Origin: Eledone cirrhosa
Taxonomy: Eukaryota
Assembly: GCA_964016885.1 (NCBI GenBank)
Contig: OZ024763.1
Coordinates: forward strand, 4,154,001 to 4,218,000
Direction: 5' to 3'
Length of the DNA stretch: 64,000 nt
Made by a program: the position numbers and the translations under genes. This document shows positions 11,699 through 23,640 of this stretch, piece by piece. The notes beneath the pieces are model-generated. The model worked only from the letters and a program-made list of their open reading frames with translations. It had not been told where the DNA came from and did not search any database. How positions within the stretch are numbered: position 1 is the stretch's first letter; each line of letters starts with the position of its first letter.

Positions 11699-14649
11699 CA
11701 GGAAGGACATGTTCAGCCCCCGGTAACCTGGTCCCTGCCTGTGGAGCCTAGGAAGGACATATTCAGCCCCCGGTAACCTGGTCCCTGCCTGTGGAGCCTA
11801 GGAAGGACATATTCAGCCCCCGGTAACCTGGTCCCTGCCTATGGAGCCCAGGAAGGACATGTTCAGATCCAGTAACTGGGCCCCTGCCTATGGAGCCTAG
11901 GAAGGACATATTCAGCCCCCGGTAACCTGGTCCCTGTCTGTGGAGCCTAGGAAGGACATATTCAGCCCCCGGTAACCTGGTCCCTGTCTGTGGAGCCTAG
12001 GAAGGACATATTCAGCCCCCGGTAACCTGGTCCCTGTCTGTGGAGCCTAGGAAGGACATATTCAGCCCCCGGTAACCTGGTCCCTGTCTGTGGAGCCTAG
12101 GAAGGACATATTCAGCCCCCGGTAACCAGGTCCCTGTCTGTGGAGCCTAGGAAGGACATATTCAGCCCCCGGTAACCTGGTCCCTGCCTATGAAGCCTAG
12201 GAAGGACATATTCAGCCCCCGGTAACCTGGTCCCTGCCTATGGAGCCTAGGAAGGACATATTCAGCCCCCGGTAACCTGGTCCCTGCCTATGGAGCCTAG
12301 GAAGGACATATTCAGCCCCCGGTAACCTGGTCCCTGCCTATGGAGCCTAGGAAGGACATATTCAGCCCCCGGTAACCTGGTCCCTGCCTGTGGAGCCTAG
12401 GAAGGACATATTCAGCCCCCGGTAACCTGGTCCCTGCCTGTGGAGCCTAGGAAGGACATATTCAGCCCCCGGTAACCTGGTCCCTGTCTGTGGAGCCTAG
12501 GAAGGACATATTCAGCCCCCGGTAACCTGGTCCCTGCCTATGGAGCCTAGGAAGGACATGTTCAGCCCCCGGTAACCTGGTCCCTGCCTATGGAGCCTAG
12601 GAAGGACATATTCAGCCCCCGGTAACCTGGTCCCTGCCTATGGAGCCTAGGAAGGACATGTTCAGCCCCCGGTAACCTGGTCCCTGCCTATGGAGCCTAG
12701 GAAGGACATATTCAGCCCCCGGTAACCTGGTCCCTGTCTGTGGAGCCTAGGAAGGACATGTTCAGCCCCCGGTAACCTGGTCCCTGCCTATGGAGCCTAG
12801 GAAGGACATATTCAGCCCCCGGTAACCTGGTCCCTGTCTGTGGAGCCTAGGAAGGACATGTTCAGCCCCCGGTAACCTGGTCCCTGCCTATGGAGCCTAG
12901 GAAGGACATATTCAGCCCCCGGTAACCTGGTCCCTGTCTGTGGAGCCTAGGAAGGACATATTCAGCCCCCAGTAACCTGGTCCCTGCCTATGGAGCCTAG
13001 GAAGGACATATTCAGCCCCCGGTAACCTGGTCCCTGTCTGTGGAGCCTAGGAAGGACATATTCAGCCCCCGGTAACCTGGTCCCTGCCTATGGAGCCTAG
13101 GAAGGACATATTCAGCCCCCGGTAACCTGGTCCCTGCCTATGGAGCCTAGGAAGGACATATTCAGCCCCCGGTAACCTGGTCCCTGTCTGTGGAGCCTAG
13201 GAAGGACATATTCAGCCCCCAGTAACCTGGTCCCTGCCTATGGAGCCTAGGAAGGACATATTCAGCCCCCGGTAACCTGGTCCCTGCCTATGGAGCCTAG
13301 GAAGGACATATCCAGCCCCCGGTAACCTGGTCCTTGCCTATGGAGCCTAGGAAGGACATATCCAGCCCCCGGTAACCTGGTCCTTGCCTGTGGAGCCTAG
13401 GAAGGACATATTCAGCCCCCGGTAACCTGGTCCCTGTCTGTGGAGCCTAGGAAGGACATATCCAGCCCCCGGTAACCTGGTCCCTGTCTGTGGAGCCTAG
13501 GAAGGACATATTCAGCCCCCGGTAACCTGGTCCCTGCCTATGGAGCCTAGGAAGGACATGTTCAGCCCCCGGTAACCTGGTCCCTGCCTATGGAGCCTAG
13601 GAAGGACATATCCAGCCCCCGGTAACCTGGTCCTTGCCTGTGGAGCCTAGGAAGGACATATTCAGCCCCCGGTAACCTGGTCCCTGCCTATGGAGCCTAG
13701 GAAGGACATATCCAGCCCCCGGTAACCTGGTCCTTGCCTATGGAGCCTAGGAAGGACATATCCAGCCCCCGGTAACCTGGTCCCTGTCTGTGGAGCCTAG
13801 GAAGGACATATTCAGCCCCCAGTAACCTGGTCCCTGCCTATGGAGCCTAGGAAGGACATATTCAGCCCCCGGTAACCTGGTCCCTGTCTGTGGAGCCTAG
13901 GAAGGACATATTCAGCCCCCGGTAACCTGGTCCTTGCCTATGGAGCCTAGGAAGGACATATCCAGCCCCCGGTAACCTGGTCCTTGCCTATGGAGCCTAG
14001 GAAGGACATATCCAGCCCCCGGTAACCTGGTCCTTGCCTATGGAGCCTAGGAAGGACATATCCAGCCCCCGGTAACCTGGTCCCTGTCTGTGGAGCCTAG
14101 GAAGGACATATTCAGCCCCCAGTAACCTGGTCCCTGCCTATGGAGCCTAGGAAGGACATATTCAGCCCCCGGTAACCTGGTCCCTGTCTGTGGAGCCTAG
14201 GAAGGACATATTCAGCCCCCGGTAACCTGGTCCCTGCCTATGGAGCCTAGGAAGGACATGTTCAGCCCCCGGTAACCTGGTCCCTGCCTATGGAGGCTAG
14301 GAAGGACATATTCAGCCCCCGGTAACCTGGTCCCTGCCTATGGAGCCTAGGAAGGACATATTCAGCCCCCGGTAACCTGGTCCCTGCCTATGGAGCCTAG
14401 GAAGGACATATTCAGCCCCCGGTAACCTGGTCCCTGCCTATGGAGCCTAGGAAGGACATATTCAGCCCCCGGTAACCTGGTCCCTGCCTATGGAGCCTAG
14501 GAAGGACATATTCAGCCCCCGGTAACCTGGTCCCTGCCTATGGAGCCTAGGAAGGACATATTCAGCCCCCGGTAACCTGGTCCCTGCCTATGGAGCCTAG
14601 GAAGGACATATTCAGCCCCCGGTAACCTGGTCCCTGCCTATGGAGCCTA
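11699..14649. repeat. Minisatellite, 50-bp unit, about 59 copies, in the last HIRIP3 intron
   Basis: Unit GGAAGGACATATTCAGCCCCCGGTAACCTGGTCCCTGCCTATGGAGCCTA. Confidence 0.97.
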
Positions 14650-15281
14650 TATAAGCTGAAAGTACAAATCACATATTTGTGGTCTGTGTAGTCAACTGCT
14701 TTAAATTGTAGACAACCTATGTTATCCTTAGCTCCTGCCTACAGAACATCCTATCTAGATACGATCTGGATGACCCGATGCAGTTTGACCAGGTTCACAT
14801 TGGCACATTTGGAAAATCCAGTCGATACCTGTCAGACAGTTGGAATTCTCTGAGCAGGTTTGTGAGGCTTCTGCACCCAGCCTCCAATCTGATAAGCCTA
14901 CACTGTCCAAACGTACATCTAAAGATCCTCTTCCTGTTGCCCACTAACACTGTTGAGTGGGATGTGTGTGTTTAACTGGCCTCATAAGAGGTATCTGATA
15001 GGAGGTTTCTTGAGTGTTTCAATCATAGAGAGACCCCTGTCCTATCATATTTTTACAGCTCACACCTATGTAGCTTTAGCAAGCCTGATACAGATTTGTA
15101 TATGAGAGTTTTTAGGTATTTTAATGATTGGGGCCCCCAGTCCTATCATGAAAAGCAATGTGAAATAAAACATCTAGCTGAAGAACACTACACACCAGCC
15201 TGTCAAGGAGTTGAACCCATGACCTTATGATCATAAGTCCAACACCCTAACCACTAGGCCATGTACCACAATATAACTTAC

Positions 15282-15442
15282 CTTTGGCTCACTCTCCTCT
15301 GTTTCCATGTCACTTTCAGAAGCTTCACTATCCACAATTCCTTTCAGGTTGTGGAAGTTTTCTGGCTCAATTTCTATATTCTTCATTTTAGCAGGTGAGT
15401 TCTCCAGGGAAAAAAACTCTTTCCGTTTCCTTTGGGAACGAC
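15282..15442 (-). CDS. HIRIP3: HIRIP3-like exon 7
   Basis: tag|GT CGT...CCA AAG|gtaagt, phase 1 to 0; GRSQRKRKEFF...FHNLKGIVDSEASESD resembles the HIRIP3 C-terminus as recalled (GRPRRR...WSHMRGIISSDGES). Confidence 0.88.
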
Positions 15443-16252
15443 CTATAACAATCATCATCAGCATCATTTTAACGACCACTTTTTCATGATGTGGCCTTGG
15501 ACGGCATGATTTAAAACAATGTTCTATAGCCAGAAGCCCTTCCTGGTGCCAACCTTTTTAGTTGTTCCATACAACATGCAGGAATATGGTATACCTATTC
15601 TAAAAACCAGGTTACACATGGCAACATATACACAATCATCATCATCATCATTTTACGTCCGCTTTTCCCTGCTTCCAAGGGTGGGACGGGCATTTGTTGT
15701 GCTCATAAGTTTTGGCTTTAATATATACTGGTTGGATGCCCTTCCTAACACCAGAACTACTTTACAGCATGGACTGGGTGCTTTTATTCGTGCCACCAGC
15801 ACTAGAGAGGTTGTCTTACTGGACTCAGGGGCCCTCTCCACCTCCACCCCCATTTTACAGCATGGACTGGGTGCTTTTATTTGTGCCACCAGCACTAGAG
15901 AGGTTGTCTTACTGGACTCAAGGGCCCTCTCCACCCCCCCATTTTACAGCATGGACTGGGTGCTTTTATTTGTGCCACCAGCACTAGAGAGGTTGTCTTA
16001 CTGGACTTCTCTACCCCGCACTAATTTATTCGGAGTGGTAGCTCTTCTAGACGGATGGCCTTACACTATGGCTTATGGAGCCTCCGTCCACCCCTTGTCT
16101 GCTCTATGCTATATGCACGAGTGGTTAGCATACAGTGTCAGGCATGTATACCGAATGTGGTGGAGGTGGGGTGGGAAAGGAAATGACGTTCTCATAACAG
16201 CTTATTTTATCATATAGAAAATATATATATGTATGTATGTATGTATGTATGA

Positions 16253-17320
16253 AGGAAAACTCTGATATAACACCTGCAACCCTGGCGGTATCCAATGATG
16301 TTGACTTGTTCTTCTTTTTGGTAAATATCATCTTGGTTAAGAGAGTGGGACTGGCTTTGTGCAGTGCCTTTGCTCACTATAAAAGCTTCACGGCACAGGC
16401 ATTGCTTTATATCTGGAGATCTCTCTGCACTTGTCACATGGTACGATGGGCCCAGCACTATGTGTCAATAATTGTCACAAGTGTAGTGTTTGTACCAGAG
16501 TTTTCAAGTCGCTGGCTGGACTAAAAAGTCACACTCATCGGTAGGGGTTCACCTACATGGATATAAAGTAGTGGCCGTACTCACAACGCATCGGTAGGGG
16601 TTCTCTTACATGGATATAAAGTAGTGGCCGTACTCGAAAATGAGTTGGCAGCCACCATGTATATATATATGGATGTCAGGTCACCAGTTGGTGCTACTGG
16701 TAACCTGTATCCCAGTACAACCTGTCTCATGGTCGGGTCGTTGGCGACTAAACTGGCAACCCCACCAAGGTTTCTTGGTGAGGAGGGTGACTTTGGACAT
16801 CCTGCACGACTAAAAACAAAACCTGTCAAAGGGCAAAGGAGCTCTTAAGAGTCAATGGCCATCCAAAATCACCGGGAGAGATGAGCCCTTAGCCTTTGTC
16901 AAGACAGAATTCTAGGAGAAGGAAAACTCTGATATAACACCTGCAACCCTGATGGTATCCAATGATGTTGACTTGTTCTTTTTTTGGTAAATATCATCTT
17001 GCTTAAGAGAGTGGGACTGGCTTTGTGCAGTGCCTTTGCTCACTATAAAAGCTTCACGGCACAGGCATTGCTTTATATCTGGAGATTTCTCTGCACTTGT
17101 CGTCACATGGTACCATGGGCCCAGCACTATGTGTCAATAATTGTCACAAGTGTAGTGTTTGTACCAGAGTTTTCAAGTCGCTGGCTGGACTAAAAAGTCA
17201 CACTCGTTCAGCGCATCGGTAGGGGTTCTCCTACATGGATATAAAGTAGTGGCCGTACTCGAAAACGAGTTGGCAGCCACCATGTATGTATGTATGTATG
17301 TATGTATGTATGTATGTATA
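16253..17320 (+). mobile_element. Two tandem internally deleted RTE-type elements (one partial copy, one complete about 610-bp copy) with (TATG)n tail
   Basis: 16253-16660 duplicates 16918-17285; RTE-like 5' UTR fused to a 3' end encoding CSVCTRVFKSLAGLKSHTRS (C2H2-like RTE C-terminus). Confidence 0.75.
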
Positions 17321-17591
17321 TATGTACGTACGTACATACATATAATCAGCAGCACTGTTTTATATCCACATTTCCATGCTGTCATTGGACAGGATTAGAT
17401 GAGACAATGTTTTACAGCCAGATGTCCTTAGTTGCCATATTTATGTTTGGGAGATCAAGGACAGCTCAAAAGCTCAGCAATTTGGGAGATCAAGGACAGC
17501 TCAAAAGCTCAGCAATTTGGGAGATCAAGGACAGCTCAAAAGCTCCTTAGTTTAAGAGATCAAGTACAGTTATAAAACAGCTGTTACTTAC

Positions 17592-17681
17592 CTGAATCAC
17601 ATGATATAATGTTGTCCTTGTTTAATTCTTCAGCTTCCCGTAATAAACGTAGTCTATCTGCAGCTTTCATTGATACACTAC
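17592..17681 (-). CDS. HIRIP3: HIRIP3-like exon 6 (CHZ-type histone chaperone region)
   Basis: cag|GT AGT...TCA G|gtaagt, 90 nt, phase 1-1; GSVSMKAADRLRLLREAEELNKDNIISCDSG versus recalled human GTPSLGKCRALKEQREEAAEVASLDVANIISGSG. Confidence 0.9.
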
Positions 17682-17719
17682 CTGCAAAACATTCAGGTAA
17701 TGAGTTACTCTCGTTATAC

Positions 17720-17933
17720 TATGGAGGCACATGGCTTAGTGGTTAGAGCATTGGGCTTGCAATCTAAAGGTTGTGAGTTCAATTCTCAGACCGGGTGATG
17801 TGTTGTTTCCTTGAGCAAGACACTTTATTTCACATTGCTCAAGGAAACAACACATCACCCGGTCTGAGAATTGAACTCACAACCTTTCGATTGCAAGGCC
17901 AATGCTCTAACCACTGAGCCATATGCCTCCATA
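17720..17933. repeat. Fold-back palindrome made of two SINE-A tRNA heads
   Basis: Arms of about 97 bp, near-perfect reverse complements, around a loop of about 17 nt. Confidence 0.92.
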
Positions 17934-18439
17934 TATATGTGTGTGTGTGTTCTGCAAGATTCTTGATATGAATATATATATACATTTTTCTTGATATGAA
18001 TATATATATACATTTTTTTTTTTTTTTTTTAATATGGCAAAGCCGGCCATTAATCTCTTGTATACAGGAAACTGACTGGCCAGTCTGCTGATATGCAAAT
18101 CTGGCTGATCAGTGGATCTGCTAAAATGCAGATCTGACTGATCAACCAGTCTGCTAATATGCATATCAGGCCGATCAGTCACTGTATATTTTAGAAAATA
18201 TCATATATTTTCACTAGCTCTGACAGTTGGCAGGTGAACAGTGAACTGTACTGATGAAGGGTGATACCCAGAAACATTAGTGTCTGTAGTTTACATGCCA
18301 ACACAAGAGCAAGAATGTGGAATTGGATTTCATTCGCAGGCCATATGCCAAGATAAGCACATGATACTATTGAGGAGCAGAGTATCAATAATAATAATTA
18401 GGAACAAAGAATCAATGTTGCATCGTATACATATTTAAT

Positions 18440-18532
18440 CACATATTACATATGTTTCACTGTTGATCAGCTCGAAGAACGATTGATTATGTTCGATCCT
18501 GATTCTGGAATCGAAAGCTCCTCAGATATGTG
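18440..18532 (-). ncRNA. Type I hammerhead ribozyme motif with long stem II
   Basis: CACAUAU-CUGAGGA-GCU..60 nt..AGU-GAAA-CAUAUG-UA-AUAUGUG: 7-bp stem I, intact core, palindromic stem III, GUA triplet. Confidence 0.7.
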
Positions 18533-18573
18533 CTTTCACATCCAACATTTGGATGTGAGTCTACATGTGAAAG

Positions 18574-18666
18574 CATATATCTGAGGAGCTTTCGATTCCA
18601 GAATCAGGACCGAACATAATCAATCGTTCCTCGAGCTAATCAGCAGTGAAACATATGTAATATGTA
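18574..18666 (+). ncRNA. Type I hammerhead ribozyme motif (mirror copy)
   Basis: AUAUAU-CUGAGGA(18581-18587)-...-GAAA(18648-18651)-CAUAUG-UA-AUAUGU. Confidence 0.68.
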
Positions 18667-18803
18667 ATTAAATACATCTATGATGCAACACTGATTCTGT
18701 GTTCCGTAATTATTTTATACACACACACACACACACACACATGAAGGTGGTGTCCCAGCATGGCCACAGTGAAAGCAATGAAAGAATTAAAGTGCCAACC
18801 AAC

Positions 18804-18987
18804 CTTTCATACCAGCCTCTCTCAGTTTGCTCTTCAAGTAGTTACATTTCTCCTTGTCACTCTTCAGGTTCTGAAATTCTTTCTTATAATAGAACCAAAG
18901 TTCAGCAGCTTGACATACTTTCTTCAGTCGTTTTAGGTTAGAACTTTCAGCTACAGAACTTTTGGGGGCTTTACTGTTGGATGTCTG
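18804..18987 (-). CDS. HIRIP3: HIRIP3-like exon 5
   Basis: ttttag|CAG ACA...ATG AAA G|gttggt, phase 0 to 1; LKRLKKVCQAAELWFYYKKEFQNLKSDKEKCNYLKSKLREAGMKG versus recalled human LKRYIRACGAHRNYKKLLGSCCSHKERLSILRAELEALGMKG. Confidence 0.9.
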
Positions 18988-19191
18988 CTAAAACACAAAC
19001 ATACAACTATATAATACTACAAATATAACATATTACAACAGCAACAACATATTACAACAACAATATATTACAAGAAAATACAACATCCATAGCAACAAAA
19101 ACAAGTATTTTAACCCAATTGATATCAAACTGCTTGAAACCACCTTTGGTTCTATGACAATAACATTAACCCTTCTGTTACCATATTTCTA

Positions 19192-20672
19192 ATGAGAGAC
19201 ACTACCTGTTATTTAGTGAGAGACACTACCTGTCATTTACTGAGAGACTCTACCTGTCATTTACTGAGAGACTCTACCTGTCATTTACTGAGAGACTCTA
19301 CCTGTCATTTACTGAGAGACACTACCTGTCATTTACTGAGAGACACTACCTGTCATTTACTGAGAGACATTACCTGTCATTTACTGAGAGACACTACCTG
19401 TCATTTACTGAGAGACATTACCTGTCATTTACTGAGAGACACTACCTGTCATTTACTGAGAGACATTACCTGTCATTTACTGAGAGACATTACCTGTCAT
19501 TTACTGAGAGACACTACCTGTCATTTACTGAGAGACACTACCTGTCATTTACTGAGAGACATTACCTGTCATTTACTGAGAGACATTACCTGTCATTTAC
19601 TGAGAGACATTACCTGTCATTTACTGAGAGACACTACCTGTCATTTACTGAGAGACACTACCTGTCATTTACTGAGAGACATTACCTGTCATTTACTGAG
19701 AGACATTACCTGTCATTTACTGAGAGACACTACCTGTCATTTACTGAGAGACACTACCTGTCATTTACTGAGAGACACTACCTGTCATTTACTGAGAGAC
19801 ATTACCTGTCATTTACTGAGAGACATTACCTGTCATTTACTGAGAGACACTACCTGTCATTTACTGAGAGACACTACCTGTCATTTACTGAGAGACATTA
19901 CCTGTCATTTACTGAGAGACATTACCTGTCATTTACTGAGAGACATTACCTGTCATTTACTGAGAGACACTACCTGTCATTTACTGAGAGACATTACCTG
20001 TCATTTACTGAGAGACATTACCTGTCATTTACTGAGAGACATTACCTGTCATTTACTGAGAGACACTACCTGTCATTTACTGAGAGACACTACCTGTCAT
20101 TTACTGAGAGACATTACCTGTCATTTACTGAGAGACACTACCTGTCATTTACTGAGAGACACTACCTGTCATTTACTGAGAGACACTACCTGTCATTTAC
20201 TGAGAGACACTACCTGTCATTTACTGAGAGACACTACCTGTCATTTACTGAGAGACTCTACCTGTTATTTACTGAGAGACATTACCTGTCATTTACTGAG
20301 AGACACTACCTGTCATTTACTGAGAGACATTACCTGTCATTTACTGAGAGACACTACCTGTCATTTACTGAGAGACACTACCTGTCATTTACTGAGAGAC
20401 ACTACCTGTCATTTACTGAGAGACATTACCTGTCATTTACTGAGAGACACTACCTGTCATTTACTGAGAGACACTACCTGTCATTTACTGAGAGACATTA
20501 CCTGTCATTTACTGAGAGACTCTACCTGTTATTTACTGAGAGACACTACCTGTCATTTACTGAGAGACACTACCTGTCATTTACTGAGAGACATTACCTG
20601 TCATTTACTGAGAGACACTACCTGTCATTTACTGAGAGACACTACCTGTCATTTACTGAGAGACATTACCTG
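19192..20672. repeat. Minisatellite, 24-bp unit, about 61 copies
   Basis: Unit TGAGAGACA(C/T)TACCTGTCATTTAC; begins directly after a TTAACCC MITE-like terminus at 19167. Confidence 0.97.
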
Positions 20673-21264
20673 CGATTTACACGAGTCAAAAATTTCAAAG
20701 AATTTAACAATAAAGCTAACTATTTCATTAACCTTTTAACATGTAAAACAGCCATATCCCATCCAGCCAGAATTCTCTCACCTCTTTCTGTCCAAACCAG
20801 CTGTAACTGGCCACTCATACTGATGTTAAGGTATTGTTCTCAACATAAATAATATCAAAATCTCGTAGATTCAATATTATGGGAAATAATTATGTAAAAT
20901 AAAGCCCTTACTGTGAAGATACAATAGTAAATATAGAATAATGTAAATGGTAAATGGTTGAGCTGGTGTTTGGAACATAACTTAACTTAAGGGATCTTAC
21001 ATAAAATCATAATGGCAGGTAGAAACATTAACTGTTGCATGACCATATTGCTGATAAAAGACACATAATCAGGAATTTGGATGGATTGCGCATTAAGTTG
21101 GTGTTTGGAACATAACTTGACAAAGGTTCCTATATAAAATGATGGAATGTTTGTAGGTAAATAAGAACACTTATAAAGTTTTCTATCATAGAGCCAGAAG
21201 CAGTTTGGTATCAAAAGGATGATGATGGTGTTAATGATGATGATGATGATGATGATGACAATAA

Positions 21265-21450
21265 TAATTGTTTCTACTTTTGGCACAAGGCCAGCAATTT
21301 CCCAGTGTATTACTGGTACTTTATTTTATCGACCCCGTAAGGATGAAAGGCAAAGTTAACCTCGGCGGGATTTGAACTCAGAATGGCAAGGGCCGTAACT
21401 CTATGCGTCAAAGCATGGCGTCCGACCCTCTACCGATACTGCCAATTCAC
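21265..21450 (-). mobile_element. SINE family B copy
   Basis: Reverse complement of 62441-62630; further copies at about 6770-6915, 9335-9500, 10861-11275, 22643-22826, 22944-23130, 29420-29577, 34624-34808, 35898-36040 and 42432-42763. Confidence 0.88.
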
Positions 21451-21582
21451 TAAACCTCTTCAATAATAATGCTGATGATGATGATGTGATGATGATGATG
21501 ATGATGATGACAATAATAATGCTGATGATGATGATGTGTGATGATACATCCAATGATAGCCGAGAGAAACCACAACACCTAC

Positions 21583-21738
21583 CTTTGTAACAGTTTCACT
21601 CTTGGTCTTGGGTACATTTTTCAATGGCGACGAAAATGATGACAGCCACGAGCTCTCAGAGTCTCCACTTTCCTCCTCTTCTCTACTGCAATCTGTCTTA
21701 GTATTGGCTTCACTTCTATTTCTAGCATCTGGTGATGC
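21583..21738 (-). CDS. HIRIP3: HIRIP3-like exon 4 (acidic, Ser-rich); acceptor position uncertain
   Basis: Open frame ASPDARNRSEANTKTDCSREEEESGDSESSWLSSFSSPLKNVPKTKSETVTK ending at donor AAG|gtaggt (phase 0); the only phase-0 AG nearby is weak. Confidence 0.65.
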
Positions 21739-22029
21739 CTTTTGGAGGATTACAGTGTTTTCGGGATTATTTGTATTTATTTTCCAAAGAGGCAAAATTA
21801 AAAAAATAGCAAAACATATTTGTAGTTTCTCTGGAAAAAAAGGGTCTCACAAGTTATACTTTATCTAATTTTAAATCTTAACGTCCTATACCACATGAAA
21901 CCACATTAGCAAGAAATGTTTGAAATCTATTAAACAGAACTATGACTGCAGCACATTAAAAATTAAAACATTTACACAAAAAATTGCAAATTTTAGCAAT
22001 GATCTGTACCTTAGTAAAGATACTCTAGT

Positions 22030-22470
22030 ACTCTATTACATGTTCCAGCTGAGAGACTGAGGCCATGCTGGGGCACTGCCGTTGATGCTACACTTTCTAT
22101 AGCCAACCTTCTCTGGTTGGCCATTGATGCTAAAGGGAGTTTGTTGCTGCTGATCTTATTTGTACCTCACCTTGCGCTGTGGGTTCACCCAGGATCTTGT
22201 AAACATCTACATGCACACCATGTAGATCTCTCAGAATTATTAGCAGCTTATTAAAAAGCTAGGGTCCCTTGAACCCCAGGCTATTGCAGTATGTGGTCCT
22301 TATTCTTGATGTGAAGGATGGGATCTTTGGCACTACACAGTGGTATCCTGTACATGGGGTGGTCCAGCCTTCAACGGTGAGGTTCGGTGCTAACTCTTCC
22401 AGGACCTTCCATACGTAGACCACTGCATGTCTCTCCCGTCTCCGTTCCAAGGAGCAGTTGTTCCCAGTTT
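22030..22470 (-). mobile_element. CR1/Jockey-group LINE 3' fragment
   Basis: SLERRRERHAVVYVWKVLEELAPN...NSLGFKGP..LFNKL is typical of the RT C-terminal region. Confidence 0.7.
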
Positions 22471-23311
22471 CACAACAACTCCGCCAATCATAATGGTTTC
22501 TCATTTAGGTACAAGGTGGGAGGGCTTTAATTGACCCCCCAATACTTGATTAGTACTATATTTTATCATCCCTGGAAGGATGAAAGTAAAAGTTGACCAT
22601 GGAAAGATTTGATTTAGCAACAACAGCAACAACAATTATAATAATTGTTTCTACTTTAGGCACAAGGCCAGCAATTACCCAGTGCATTACTGGTACTTTA
22701 TTTTATCGACCCCGTAAGGATGAAAGGCAAAGTCAACTTCGGCGGGATTTGAACTCAGATCGTAAAGGGACGTAACTATGCTGGAAAGCATGGCGTCCGA
22801 CTCTCTACCGATACTGCCAATCCACCGGTTATAATAATGAAGGCCCCCAACAACAACAAAGTTACAACAAAAGCTAACATAACTGAGTTAAATACGTTAG
22901 AACGCAAAACAATAAATAAATGTATTTTAATAATAACAATAATAATTGTTTCTACATTTGGCACAAGGCCAGCAATTTGAAAGGGAAGGGAAAGTCGGTT
23001 AAACCAACCCCAGTGGATTACTGGTACATTATTTTATCGACTCCATAAGGATGAAAGGCAAAGTTAACCTCGGCGGGATTTTAACTCAGAACGTAAAGAG
23101 CCGCAACTCCATGCTGCAAACCATGTTGTCTGATAATAATAATAATAATAATATATGTAGAAGTAATGTCAACCTTGAAAGTTAAACTTTAAATACTACC
23201 ATACAGCATCTCATTCTCTTTCTCTCTTACACACAAACACATTGACTGTTTTATAAGTTCCTCATTAAAGCTATTCTATGTTGGCAGTAACTATCCCCAC
23301 TAGAGTTTCTG

Positions 23312-23640
23312 AACCCTTTTATTACCATATTTCTAATGAAAGACACTGTCTATGTCTTTAACCCTTTCATTGCCATATTTCTAATGAAAGACACTACCTA
23401 TGTCTTTAACCCTTTCATTGCCATATTTCTAATGAAAGACACTGTCTGTCTTTAACCCTTTCATCACCATATTTCTAATGAAAGACTACCTATGTCTTTA
23501 ACCCTTTCATTACCATATTTCTAATGAAAGATACTGCCTATGTCTTTAACCCTTTCATTACCATATTTCTAATGAAAGACACTGTCTATGTCTTTAACCC
23601 TTTCATTACCATATTTCTAATGAAAAACACTGCCACCTAT
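23312..23640. repeat. Tandem repeat of about 48 bp derived from a TTAACCC MITE terminus, about 7 copies
   Basis: Unit TTAACCCTTTCATTACCATATTTCTAATGAAAGACACTGTCTATGTCT; same terminus at 19167 and inverted at 45360-45430. Confidence 0.85.

Larger units (their letters stand above)
18393..18714. repeat. Long inverted repeat (arms about 145 bp)
   Basis: 18393-18540 is the reverse complement of 18566-18714 with scattered substitutions. Confidence 0.93.

Noticed and set aside
1-14649. CRISPR-like appearance of the regular arrays
   Set aside because: Units are contiguous with no unique spacers, there are no cas genes, and the context is eukaryotic
14700-15150. Extra HIRIP3 exon or LINE fragment
   Set aside because: No convincing splice pair or recognisable motif; left unassigned
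19192-20739. 515-aa (HLLRDTTC)n ORF
   Set aside because: Translation of a 24-bp intronic minisatellite with no synonymous variation, antisense to HIRIP3
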